Origin: Octopus bimaculoides
Taxonomy: Eukaryota
Direction: 5' to 3'
NCBI RefSeq assembly: GCF_001194135.2
Contig: NC_068999.1
Coordinates: 7,350,776-7,395,696, forward strand
DNA length: 44,921 nt
In this document: positions 1-12,133 of the stretch, piece by piece
Layout: each line of letters starts with the position of its first letter
How positions within the stretch are numbered: the first letter of the stretch is position 1
Notes under the pieces: model-generated
The model's database searches: none
Seen by the model: the letters and a program-made list of their open reading frames with translations, nothing else
Told to the model about the DNA's origin: nothing
Made by a program: the position numbers and the translations under genes

Positions 1-77
1 TATATATATATATATATATATATATGTATAGACTTACTCACAGATATAGATATACATATACGTGTGTGTGTGTGTGT

Positions 78-111
<34 letters not shown>

Positions 112-754
112 ACTTTTCTTGATGGTCTTCAGCCCTCTCAATGCAATACCACATGTCGTCTAAGAACAGAATATATCCCGATTGCGGATGACATATAAAA
201 TTGCATTCAACGACCGGCTTCCATTCGCTATAAGATCAATGTGTCCACGAAATAAATATATATATATATATTGCTGCATTTAGTATCCTATTGATTTATT
301 TATTCAAGTGATCTTTCTTCCGTTTTCTACTCGGCAGCAGTATTATATATTTATACTTACATTACGCATATACATACACACAATATATACATATATATAG
401 ATATATATGTATGTTTATATATATACATATATTCAAAATAATCACTCTCTCTCGCTCTCTCTTTCTCTCTCTGTGCATATATATAGTTATATGCGCGTGA
501 GTACGTGCATGTGTGTGTGTGTGCGTGTAATTGGATAAATTTGAGCATATCAAATTTATGCACGCACAATCACGCGCACAGAGACACACACAAGCACACA
601 AATAGAGTCAAGCACACATACGGTTGAGTTGTGAAAAATCACGTATTTTGAAGTGTATATACTTTGAAATGCGCATAAAATCCTTATATGGGTGTATGTG
701 TCAATATATACATACATACATACATACTTACATATATATATATATATATATACA

Positions 755-796
<42 letters not shown>

Positions 797-1795
797 NNNN
801 NNNNNNNNNNNNNNNNNNNNNNNNNNNNNNNNNNNNNNNNNNNNNNNNNNNNNNNNNNNNNNNNNNNNNNNNNNNNNNNNNNNNNNNNNNNNNNNNNNNN
901 NNNNNNNNNNNNNNNNNNNNNNNNNNNNNNNNNNNNNNNNNNNNNNNNNNNNNNNNNNNNNNNNNNNNNNNNNNNNNNNNNNNNNNNNNNNNNNNNNNNN
1001 NNNNNNNNNNNNNNNNNNNNNNNNNNNNNNNNNNNNNNNNNNNNNNNNNNNNNNNNNNNNNNNNNNNNNNNNNNNNNNNNNNNNNNNNNNNNNNNNNNNN
1101 NNNNNNNNNNNNNNNNNNNNNNNNNNNNNNNNNNNNNNNNNNNNNNNNNNNNNNNNNNNNNNNNNNNNNNNNNNNNNNNNNNNNNNNNNNNNNNNNNNNN
1201 NNNNNNNNNNNNNNNNNNNNNNNNNNNNNNNNNNNNNNNNNNNNNNNNNNNNNNNNNNNNNNNNNNNNNNNNNNNNNNNNNNNNNNNNNTATATATATAT
1301 ATATTTATATATATAGATAGATAGATGGATGGATACTTCCATATCTGCATACACGGTGCATCTACGACAAACAGTGATTCTGGACAAATCCGCGCACGTA
1401 TATATTCAAATAAAATATTCAGAGAATTTTTACAGAAGAAAGAAAAACAGCTTAAGATTCTTAAAACTATCAATTAGCAGAAAATGTGTTTTCCTTTTCA
1501 AATTAAGGGTAGATGATTTTTTTTTTGGGTTTACATTTTGACGAATAAACCATCGAATTTTGGTATCATGCATGTGCGTACGTAGAATCCTGTGCGTGTG
1601 TATGTGTGTATGTGTGTGTGATTGAGTGAGTCCGTTTCAGCCTTCATTGGATAATGATAGCATTAATAAATCAATAGGAAACGACACAAAAATACATTCT
1701 AAATATACGTATCCATACGCGAACTTTTATATGTATTTGTGTATGTGTATAACTACTTAGTTGTGCAGATACAGAGATATTTGCATATATATATG

Positions 1796-1826
<31 letters not shown>

Positions 1827-1908
1827 ATACATATATATATGTAAATATATATATATATGCATACACACACACACNNNNNNNNNNTATATGTAAATATATA
1901 TATATATG

Positions 1909-1983
<75 letters not shown>

Positions 1984-2824
1984 GTATGTATGTATATATA
2001 TGTACAAATGTGTGTCTGTATTTGTGTAGGCATGTGTACGTCTGGCATTTTTTTTATCAATGGTACATTTTGGTATGACGACTTATCTGTCTTCAAAACT
2101 GAATGAATTACCCGCTCGTAACACCAGTTCTATAAACAAAAATACACACACACACACACACACACACACGCACGCACGCACACACACACACACAAACACA
2201 CAAACCCATGCACACACACACACANNNNNNNNNNNNNNNNNNNNNNNNNNNNNNNNNNNNNNNNNNNNNNNNNNNNNNNNNNNNNNNNNNNNNNNNNNNN
2301 NNNNNNNNNNNNNNNNNNNNNNNNNNNNNNNNNNNNNNNNNNNNNNNNNNNNNNNNNNNNNNNNNNNNNNNNNNNNNNNNNNNNNNNNNNNNNNNNNNNN
2401 NNNNNNNNNNNNNNNNNNNNNNNNNNNNNNNNNNNNNNNNNNNNNNNNNNNNNNNNNNNNNNNNNNNNNNNNNNNNNNNNNNNNNNNNNNNNNNNNNNNN
2501 NNNNNNNNNNNNNNNNNNNNNNNNNNNNNNNNNNNNNNNNNNNNNNNNNNNNNNNNNNNNNNNNNNNNNNNNNNNNNNNNNNNNNNNNNNNNNNNNNNNN
2601 NNNNNNNNNNNNNNNNNNNNNNNNNNNNNNNNNNNNNNNNNNNNNNNNNNNNNNNNNNNNNNNNNNNNNNNNNNNNNNNNNNNNNNNNNNNNNNNNNNNN
2701 NNNNNNNNNNNNNNNNNNNNNNNNNNNNNNNNNNNNNNNNNNNNNNNNNNNNNNNNNNNNNNNNNNNNNNNNNNNNNNNNNNNNNNNNNNNNNNNNNNNN
2801 NNNNNNNNNNNNNNNNNNNNNNNN

Positions 2825-2883
<59 letters not shown>

Positions 2884-3267
2884 TATCTATGTATGAATGT
2901 ATGTTTATATATACCGTCGTGTTGTGTTTGTTTCTATTACCTTATCGTTACAAGACTCTCTCTCTCTAAACCTTCACAAACATTCCACTATACATCACAT
3001 CAATTATCGATTAACCTTTCTATTTGGACATAAATTTTTATTCCCCCACCCCCGCCATATCCACCTTCCACAGTACTCTCTCCCCTTCACTTTTCTGTCT
3101 ATGTCCATAGAAAATTAATGGCCGAATTTGATTTCAGTACATCTTCTTTCCTTCTTTTCATCGTGTTATCTCTCTCTCCCTTTTTGTTTGTTTGTTTCGC
3201 TTCACCATTTCATTTCCTCGTCTTTCACCTTTACTTCTAGTCAATGTTTCTGTTTCCGTTTCTAATA

Positions 3268-3657
3268 TTTACTCTTTCACTTGTTTCAATCATTTGACTG
3301 CGGCCATACTGGAGCACCGCTTTCAGTCGAGCAAATCTACCCCAGGACTTATTCTTTGTAAGCCTAGTACTTATTCTGTCGGTTTCTTTTGCCGAACAGC
3401 TAAGTTACGGGGACGTAAATACACCAGCATCGGTTGTCAAGCGATGTTCGGCGGACAAACACAGACGCACAAACACACGCATATATACATATACATATAT
3501 ACGACGGTCTTCTTTCAGTTTCCGTCTATTAAATCCACTGACATGGCTTTGCTCGGCCCGAGGCTATAGTAGAAGACACTTGCCCAAGGTGCAGCACAGT
3601 GGGACTGAACCCGGAACCATGTGGTTGGTAAGCCAGCTACTTACCACATAGCTACTC
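3268..3657 (-). mobile_element. tRNA/CORE-type SINE, family A here (5' end runs into gap)
   Basis: Reverse complement of the 24318-24711 copy: B-box GGTTCAGTCC, CORE-like CTTGGGCAAGTGTCTTCTACTATAGCC, internal (CA/TA)n and the same 3' tail. Confidence 0.9.
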
Positions 3658-4254
3658 NNNNNNNNNNNNNNNNNNNNNNNNNNNNNNNNNNNNNNNNNNN
3701 NNNNNNNNNNNNNNNNNNNNNNNNNNNNNNNNNNNNNNNNNNNNNNNNNNNNNNNNNNNNNNNNNNNNNNNNNNNNNNNNNNNNNNNNNNNNNNNNNNNN
3801 NNNNNNNNNNNNNNNNNNNNNNNNNNNNNNNNNNNNNNNNNNNNNNNNNNNNNNNNNNNNNNNNNNNNNNNNNNNNNNNNNNNNNNNNNNNNNNNNNNNN
3901 NNNNNNNNNNNNNNNTATATATATGTATGTATGTATGTATGTGTGTATGTGTGTGTGTCTATTACACTTCTGCTCATCTTTGACATAAACTTTTTCGTTT
4001 ACTCGAATATTACTTAGGTTACTTTCTATACTCATTCATATAGATACTTATTAACAAACAAAATGCTGAAGTCATATACACGCTGCTGTCCTAAGAATTG
4101 TTCTTCTAATTGTGTTCTACACCATGAGAGCTAGCAGTAAGTGAGTAGTAAGGGGGTGTTAATTTACAGTAAATCGAAGAAGGTCGATCCTCGTTGCAAA
4201 CCATCAAAAACGATCGCCTGGATTATTTTCCCCACAATCTAAGTAAATACGTTC

Positions 4255-4256
<2 letters not shown>

Positions 4257-4334
<78 letters not shown>

Positions 4335-4443
4335 CTATCCATACATCCATACATCCACCCATCTCTCTCTCTCTCTATCTATGTACGTACGTACGTACGT
4401 ATGTATGTATGTATGTATGTATGTATGTATGTATGTATGTATG

Positions 4444-4483
<40 letters not shown>

Positions 4484-4575
4484 CATACATCCATACATCT
4501 CTCTCTCTATCTATGTACGTACGTACGTACGTATGTATGTATGTATGTATGTATGTATGTATGTATGTATGTATG

Positions 4576-4633
<58 letters not shown>
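4257..4633. repeat. Compound tetranucleotide array (ATCT/ATCC/ACGT/ATGT) with a duplicated higher-order block
   Basis: The same succession of motifs occurs twice (about 4337-4480 and 4481-4610). Confidence 0.9.
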
Positions 4634-5099
4634 TTGTCCTAGTGTCTGCATGTGTATCTCTCTGTCTATCTTTCTATCTTTACTTACCCGTATCCCTATC
4701 TAATTACCAACTTCTCATTCGCTCTAACAATCTCTCTCTCTAGTCACACATTACGCAATAAACCTGCCGACCTGTCACATATATCTTAGCTTCTTTCAAT
4801 ATCCTTCAATACAATAAAGAAAGAAGAATATGAAATAACATTACACAATATAACACCAGCTGTGGTGTACGAAGACATATTTTATATTTTAACCAAAATG
4901 TATCCTTGCAGCAGTTTGTTTTTTCCCTCTCTAATTAATTAGAATCCTATATCATTAACGAAGACTTAAACACTATAATCTAAGGTTTTTTACAACTTCC
5001 TTGTTCCTTTCTTTAATTTTATTTTTGAAATTTATTTTGCTCTCAGTTTTTCTTTCCTTCTTTTCTATATTATATCTTCTGTTATTTCTTCCTACTCAC

Positions 5100-5159
5100 C
5101 TTCGTCGTCTTCACCGCCATAGACATCCCTTTTGATTTTCTTTTTTTCAACTTTCATAC
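5100..5159 (-). CDS. Candidate 60-nt exon, phase 1/1, (G)MKVEKKKIKRDVYGGEDDE(G); alternative reading MSMAVKTTK
   Basis: Strong donor GAAG|gtgagt at 5100/5099 and an open frame. The acceptor aatag| has no polypyrimidine tract and I recognise no homolog. Confidence 0.3.
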
Positions 5160-5202
5160 CTATTCATAAGTATATGCATTACAGGTATACATTATATGTA
5201 TG

Positions 5203-5255
<53 letters not shown>

Positions 5256-5273
5256 ACATACATGAACACATGA

Positions 5274-5346
<73 letters not shown>

Positions 5347-5509
5347 CACATGTGCGCCTGTGTGTACAACTCCTGTATACAGATATACATAAGCATATAC
5401 GTATATGAGAACAAGGCAACATCGATACGTACATACATACAACCTATCCATCTGCGTGTATATGTCTGTATGCCAGTCTGTACACACGCACACACACATA
5501 TATACACAA

Positions 5510-5570
<61 letters not shown>

Positions 5571-5575
5571 CATAT

Positions 5576-5607
<32 letters not shown>

Positions 5608-6085
5608 GTATTTGTATGTATGTATATAGATCTACATCCGAACATGATTTGAACCGAAGCCTTTTAAATCCATCTTGTATTCTTTCTTTTTAAATGCTCA
5701 AGTAATACATACCTACACACATACATAGATATATAAACACACACACGCTCGTACGCGTTTATGCCCACAAACACACGCGCGCGCGCATATACTCGTTTTC
5801 TATCTATCCATCCACACTTTACTGTAATATCTCTATTCTCTTTCTCTTGTTTTCAATTGATTGGTTTGGTCACAGAAGTGATACATTCTCACCAGTTTTG
5901 CTACTCAAGTATTTGTGTTTTTTTTATTTGTTCGATTCACCTACTTAATCTTAATTTCCTCTCGGTTTAATTTAGATCGTTAATCATCACTGTAATCTTC
6001 ACTGCATTTCTCAAAAGCATTTGTGTTGTGACTAATATTTGTGTTGTTACAACAACCACGACCACAACAACAATAACAACAATAG

Positions 6086-6156
<71 letters not shown>
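6086..6156. repeat. (TAC)n microsatellite, left of SINE
   Basis: Direct reading. Confidence 0.95.
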
Positions 6157-6157
<1 letters not shown>

Positions 6158-6473
6158 CGTCGGTTACGACGACGAGGGTCCCAGCTGATACGATCAACGA
6201 AACAGCTTGCTCGTGAAGTTAACGTGCAAGTGGCTGAGCACTCCACAGACACGTGTACCCTTAACGTAGTTCTCAGGGAGATTCAGCGTAACACAGAGTG
6301 TGACAAGGCTGGCCCTTTGAATTACAGGTACTACTCATGTTTGCCAGTTGAGTAGACTGGAGCAACGTGAAATAAAGTGTCTTGCTCAAGGACAGAACGC
6401 GTCGCTATGAATTGAACTCACGACCTTACAATCGAGAGTCGAATGCCCGAACCACTAAGCCACGCACCTTCAC
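6154..6473 (-). mobile_element. tRNA/CORE-type SINE, family C here, near full length
   Basis: Minus-strand head with A-box TGGCTTAGTGG and B-box GAGTTCAATTC, CORE-like TCCTTGAGCAAGACACTTT, and a 3' tail shared with 32377-32766 and 44145-44470. Confidence 0.9.
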
Positions 6474-6481
6474 CAACAATA

Positions 6482-6538
<57 letters not shown>

Positions 6539-6606
6539 GATAGTAATTTTTTTACTATTACTGCGCTCGATAGTGCAGTGAAAGCACGTGATAAAAATAA
6601 GATTAT

Positions 6607-6660
<54 letters not shown>

Positions 6661-6690
6661 TCAATAATGATAGCAACAACAACAACAACA
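6482..6690. repeat. (TAC)n followed by (AAT)n/(AAC)n microsatellites
   Basis: Direct reading. Confidence 0.9.
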
Positions 6691-6837
6691 GCATTGATCT
6701 TAGTAATGGCGTGGTTATCATCATAATCACCAGCATCGTTATGACCAAGGTCAATTCAATACTCAACATCATTAAATATATCGCGTCTCTGTTTTAGTTA
6801 TAAAAGTTATTAATGAAAACAATGTTCATCCTTTAGA

Positions 6838-7042
6838 TTACTCTTTTACTTGTTTCAGTCATTTGACTGCGGCCATGCTGGAGCACCGCCTTTAGTCGAG
6901 CATATCGACCCCAGCACTTATTTTTTGTAAGCCTAGTACTTATTCTATCGGTCTTTTTTTGCCGAACCGCTAAGTTACGGGGACGCAAACACACCAGTAT
7001 CGGTTGTCAAGCGATGGTGGGGGGACAAACACAGACACACAA

Positions 7043-7095
<53 letters not shown>

Positions 7096-7261
7096 TACGA
7101 CGGGCCTCCCCCAGCATCCGTCTATCAAATCCACTCACAAGGCTTTGGTCAGCCTGAGGTTATAGTAGAAAACATTTGTCCAAGGTGCCACGCAGTGGGA
7201 CTGAACCCGGAACTATGTGGTTGGTAAGCAAGCTACTTACCATACAGCCACTCCTGCGCCT
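6838..7261 (-). mobile_element. Family A SINE, full length
   Basis: Complete reverse complement from the AGGCGCAGGAGTGGCTGTATGG head to the AAGTAAAAGAGTAA tail, with internal (CA)(TA)n. Confidence 0.92.
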
Positions 7262-7269
7262 GAAATATG

Positions 7270-7487
7270 TTCAAATATGTTTGTGACATAGTTTAACATC
7301 TAAAGGCAATTTCACTGCAGTTTACCGTGGAGAAAAAAAATATATACTCGCTTATGGTAAAGGTGTAAAGACTTTGAGCTGATAATGGTATATTTACACC
7401 TTTTAACATAAGCGAGAATAATTTCTCTGCGGGAAACTGCCGCGAAATTGCCTTTAAATGTTAAAATATTTCACAAACATATTTGAA
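7270..7487. repeat. 218-bp foldback (MITE-like inverted repeat)
   Basis: Arm 7270-7369 matches the reverse complement of arm 7393-7487 along its length with scattered mismatches; 23-nt spacer; no clear TSD. Confidence 0.85.
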
Positions 7488-9168
7488 TTGACCTAACGTT
7501 CGTTAATTTCCCATCACTGCTTCGTTGTATTATTTTGTGAAGACAATGACAATGATAATATACTTAGTAATTAGAAGTAAAACAGTAATAGGAAGTATAC
7601 TTATTAATATTGTTAAAAGCCATTAGCATTATTGTGTATTTATGTTTGTATCCTTTTTTATATTTTTAGTATTTTATCTTTCGTTTGTCTTTATATTCTC
7701 CTTTCCATTTCTTCCCATGCTACCAACCATCTTCCTTTTGCTTACATTAAAACGCTACTTATATTTCAGTGCACTAACGATAATATATAGTCCAAATAAT
7801 ATTGACATTAGAACATTCTTTGTCTTAATTTTCCCTCCGTCATTCCTCATAATACACTAAACTATTTGAAAACACTTCAAAAACAAATCACATATAACAT
7901 GTGACCAGCGTTGTAAAATACCACTAACCGTCGTGCTGTGTCCACCATCTTTATTTTCCATTTCCCGTCTTGTCCTTTTGGATTTAAGTCGCTCAAGTCC
8001 TTGAAAAAAATCATGAACGTCACAAAACCTCATATCATATCCTATCGTACCATTTACAAATTTGAGGGCACTTCTTCCTCATTATTTCTTTTTCTAGAAA
8101 TTTCTGTTAAAAAATTAATATAAAAAAAAAGCGAATATGTACGATTTGTTGTAACAATTTATGAGCAAATAAATTTCAAGAAATAAAAGTTTTGTTTATA
8201 GTTTTGCAATTTATTTATTGCGATTTCGGATTTTGTTAACGGTCAAAATGTACTTGGAATTCTTTCAGGTTGATTATATAAAGTGCCTGTAAAATATTGG
8301 TAGCGGTATGTTCAACGATCATACTTCATACCTAAACACATGCAAAAGAAATATGGTGGTCGTGATCATAATTTCTACTGTGTAGAATCAAAAGTTCTGG
8401 AAAATTTTTGTCCCTTATTTGCTTTATTTGTCAAAGTTACGACAAAAGTAACCTAGCAGTCAAAGTGGAGGTCATCGTGTTGCAATTATATAAGTTACCA
8501 AAATATTGCAAAACTTTTAAGTCAACACAATGGAATTGGTATGAAGAAAAGAATCGTTAAAAACGCGCAAAAATATACGGCAGTATTTAGTTTCAGATTT
8601 TGGCTTCCAGAATTTAGACCCCGCCAAGGTTAATTTTGCCGTCGTCCTTTCAGTTTTTTTATATTCTTGCGTCCTTGGTTTCACGGGGCCGGCGACTCAG
8701 TTTCCATGGCGTATAAACAACCGGAAAGAGATTTGGTCGAGTAACCGCTTCCAATGAAGCATTGGGTGTTATCCGTTACTCGATTACACACTCAATGTGA
8801 GCTGTTAACTATTAAAATATCCGTTCATACATCATGCTGTGTTAAAAACCTAATATATATGAAAGGGAGACAAAAATTCGTCCCATGAGAGCCAGATGTA
8901 TTTCAGGCCTTTAGCTCTTTTTCAATGTCACGTACTCGCAACCAGTGATATACTCAGACGAGAATTAGTTGTGCCTGTTATAGGAAACAGGTAATAAAAT
9001 ATTCACTGATATTGCAAATAGCCCCTAAGTTGAATAGAAATTCGGTATTTGCAATTGATGGAGTATTAATTGAATTATCTTAATGTATATTAAATATTTG
9101 TCATAAGGGCCTCCAAGATCTGACACCGAAATCTTGCAACCGAGTGAACTGCGAAAGGCATTTAAGGA

Positions 9169-9406
9169 CCATAGCGGAATTTGAACTCAGAACACGGAGA
9201 ACCGGAACAAATACCACACGGTAACCAACAGACGCTCCTATGATTCCGCTAGTCTATTACTTTAGACTGAGACATTATTTATCAACCCCAGAAGGAGGAC
9301 AGGGAAAGTTGACTTCCATAAGGTTTGAACTCAGAATGCAAGAAACCGAGATAATTTATACTGCAAGTCATTTCGTCCATTGTTCCAACGAATCTGTCAA
9401 TTCACC
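9169..9406 (-). mobile_element. Two adjacent degenerate family E-like SINE remnants
   Basis: Two TTTGAACTCAGAA motifs (reverse of the TTCTGAGTTCAAA B-box block) plus similarity to 29762-29998. Confidence 0.6.
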
Positions 9407-10099
9407 AATTTGAGATTGGAAAATACGATAATCGCTAGAATAATGGACTAAGTTAACTCGAAATGTTGAAGTTATGTATCTAAGATGGCGGAGACACCCA
9501 GAAGACAACATTAATTTGCGCTGATTCAAATTGTAAATTGCATAGAGATGCCATGATAAAGAATATCTTTCTAATGTTAATTGCCGCCCACATTTTGTAA
9601 TTTGCATTCGCTGTTCGTTTGAGAGTTTATTTACACTGTTCCCTGATGTAATGTAATTCGATTTGATGCACAAAGCCACGACGACTTGCAATTATACTAC
9701 ATCTCTACATCTATCAAATAATAATAAGTGTTATTTTCTGTATCTGGTAACTATTTTTATTCATTGAATCGTATATACTGCGTGCCTCAAAAAGATAGGA
9801 CACATTTTATTTGTAATATTCGCAATTTACTTGTGATAAATATGCTTGTTTCAGTTCTAGTTACCTGTGTTTATAATGTAAATAATATCCCATAATTATG
9901 AGGCACCACGTGCAGAACACGTTTCTTAGCTTGAAATATTTATATAGCGCATATTACCCCCGCCAAGTCATGTAGCTCGACTATTAGGATTTTGGATTGT
10001 GGTTCACTGCAATCAAATTTGGGTGTGGAAATAAAATCTGCTTCCTGATTATTTCAAACTTGTTATATTTGCAACATTCTTTCTTTTAATTGGAGAGTT

Positions 10100-10895
10100 G
10101 TATCAGAAGTAATGCAGAAGACAACGTTATTTATTAACTGATCAAGGTTGTTCAAATTACATTTGTTGGTTGAGTAAATTTTCTTGTAATAACTCTTCTT
10201 GTTATTTGCAATCAAATAATCGGTTCTTAGCAGAAAGAACTTATTGAGTTCTTTAAGAATGGGAAAGAAGAATTGTAGGCATATCACGCAGTGGTAGAAA
10301 TCAACTGCGATAACTGACACGAATCACCAGCGAATGGACGAACTGATCCGTGAGCTTTCTGCACAACTGAACTCTGATTAAAATGGTGGAAGTCTTTGGG
10401 TATCGGAAAGTACGAAGAGCTGTTGAAAAGTTCCTGGCTTTGGATAAAAGAAAATGCAAAAGAATCACTTAATTATGATTTTAGCCAACATATTCTCCTC
10501 TCAAAATTACACACTTTTTTCAGCAGTCTTTCAGTTTTTCTGAGCCCTGTAAAAGAATCAGAAGGCTGGGCCTCTAACCAGACCTTTCGAGATACTCTTG
10601 AAGCCAGGAACTTTTCAGGACTTCCTCGTATGTGCAAAGTGCACAGTGTTGAAGTCGATACCCGAGTTGAAGGACCGAAAGGTGGGACATTAGTCTGGTC
10701 TGCTGGAAGATTTCGCTGCCAAGGCAGATATGTTTTTCATTTCTTCCGATCTGCTGTGAGGAGATGAAACGTGGACGAATCTTTTTGATGCGAAATCCAA
10801 GGCTCAGTCTAGGAAATGGTACCACACTTCTTTTCTAAGGTCTATGAACTTCAAAAGCCAACGATTTGCATAAAAAAATAATGTTTACCATTTCA
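10100..10895 (+). mobile_element. Decayed mariner (Tc1/mariner) transposase fragment, N-terminal HTH to first catalytic Asp, split by a MITE
   Basis: Hand translation with stops and frameshifts: LLTDQGCS...FKNGKEEL...RSGR-STAITDTNHQRMDELIRE...FGYRKVCAK...GDETW (10760-10774)...KSKAQSRKWYHT...IMFTI, matching the mariner GYRKVCARWVP/GDETW motifs. Left boundary is approximate. Confidence 0.85.
10413..10628 (-). mobile_element. Mariner-derived MITE with TA target-site duplication
   Basis: TIRs CGAAGAGCTGTTGAAAAGTTCCTGGCTT and AAGCCAGGAACTTTTCAGGACTTCCTCG; TA at 10411-12 and 10629-30; minus strand keeps a transposase C-terminus (KCVILRGEYVG*). Confidence 0.9.
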
Positions 10896-11224
10896 TAAAA
10901 GAATAGTTACTGTACCAACGTTATGGAACAAGAAAGCCTGAGTGAACTGTGTATATGAGAAAGACTTTTTTTATTGTAGCTTTGCAGTATATAAGCGGTT
11001 TTGCTGTGGGATCGAACTGGTACTATATGACTTCAAAAAGAACCTTTTAACTATCCATTTATGTCTGTAGCTAGGACATTTAAAATTTTATGAAATCTCG
11101 TAGTAGTTTGAAAGACGTTAGAGTTTGTGTAGGGTACAGCGATATAAGACTGGTTATTATGCAATGTTAAGTCTTTTATAGCTCACCTCCATAAATTAAT
11201 ATTTCTGTTTCTAGGTTTTAACTT

Positions 11225-11445
11225 GTGCTCCGTTGATTGCGGCGACGAGTGTTCTAGTTGATCCGATCAACGGAATAACCTGTTCGTGGAATTAACGTGC
11301 AAGTGGTTGAGCTCTCCATAGACATACCTGCCCTTAACGTAGTTAACAAGAAGATTCAGCGTGACACAGAATGTAACAAAGCTGACCCCGTTTGATTACA
11401 GGTACCACTACTCATTTTTGCCAACTGAGTGGACTGCAGTAACGT
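11225..11445 (-). mobile_element. Family C SINE, 3' portion, degenerate
   Basis: Matches 6154-6370 (TTAACGTGCAAGTGG...CCCTTAACGTAGTT...TTACAGGTA). Confidence 0.8.
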
Positions 11446-11459
11446 GCGATCTCGGCATT

Positions 11460-11645
11460 CCACCATCACTTGACAACCCGTGTTGTTCCGATGGCGTCCC
11501 CGTAAATAAGCGGTTCGGCTAAAAAAAACCTGATAGATTAAGTACTTAAAAATGAGTTCTGTGGCCGATTCATTCGACAAAAAATTCAAGGCGGTGCCCC
11601 AGCATGGCCGCAGTCAAATGACTGTAACAAGTAAAAGATGAAAAA
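11460..11645 (+). mobile_element. Family A-type SINE 3' tail fragment
   Basis: CACTTGACAACC...AGCGGTTCGGC...GGCGGTGCCCCAGCATGGCCGCAGTCAAATGACTG-AACAAGTAAAAG. Confidence 0.8.
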
Positions 11646-11962
11646 TAAGATAAACTCTGAGCTAAGTTCAGAAACCAGCCAGATCCAATAATGTCCGTAG
11701 GCCTAAGTATGAAATAGCTATATTTTTCTGATATTTAATATTTACTTATATCAGTTTGTATTTCGCTACAAATTTTCCCGAAAAATCGATAAGTATATGT
11801 CTTGAAATACTGACGGCAACTCTGCTTTTATCTGATGCCAAGTGGTTAAGTGGAAATGAAGATATTGGTTGGTACTTCGTCTTCGACTGTCACAAGTAAT
11901 ACGGAGTTTTATTAAATGTTTTTCTGTAGTTTCAAACGTTAAATTGCATTTATTTCAGCCTT

Positions 11963-12035
11963 TACTTGTCGTGTGTTCCATACTTGTCGTGTGTTCCATA
12001 CTTGTCGTGTGTTCCATACTTGTCGTGTGTTCCAT
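11963..12035. repeat. Tandem repeat, 4 exact copies of 18-bp TACTTGTCGTGTGTTCCA
   Basis: Direct reading; no spacers. Confidence 0.95.
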
Positions 12036-12079
12036 CGGAGGTACACATGTGATACATATGTGATGTATGTTGCATGAAG

Positions 12080-12133
12080 GCCAGTGAAATATGTCCTGTG
12101 TATCACGTGATGTACAGGACATATTTCACTGGC
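12080..12133. repeat. 54-bp near-perfect palindrome centred on CACGTG
   Basis: GCCAGTGAAATATGTCCTGT-gt-ATCACGTGAT-gt-ACAGGACATATTTCACTGGC; 2 mismatched pairs, both G-T on the plus strand. Confidence 0.95.

Noticed and set aside
1836-1921. Direct repeat across the 10-N gap
   Set aside because: Unmerged contig overlap, an assembly artefact
4257-4633. Higher-order repeat as a functional structure
   Set aside because: Explained by slippage duplication or haplotype redundancy in the assembly
5100-5159. Resemblance of KRDVY to the furin propeptide junction
   Set aside because: Only 5 residues match; no flanking subtilase sequence is found in the window
9481-9513. AAGATGGCGG YY1-like motif or start context
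   Set aside because: Frame stops after 9 codons; a lone motif is not evidence of a promoter
11963-12035. CRISPR-like array
   Set aside because: No spacers, no cas genes, eukaryotic context
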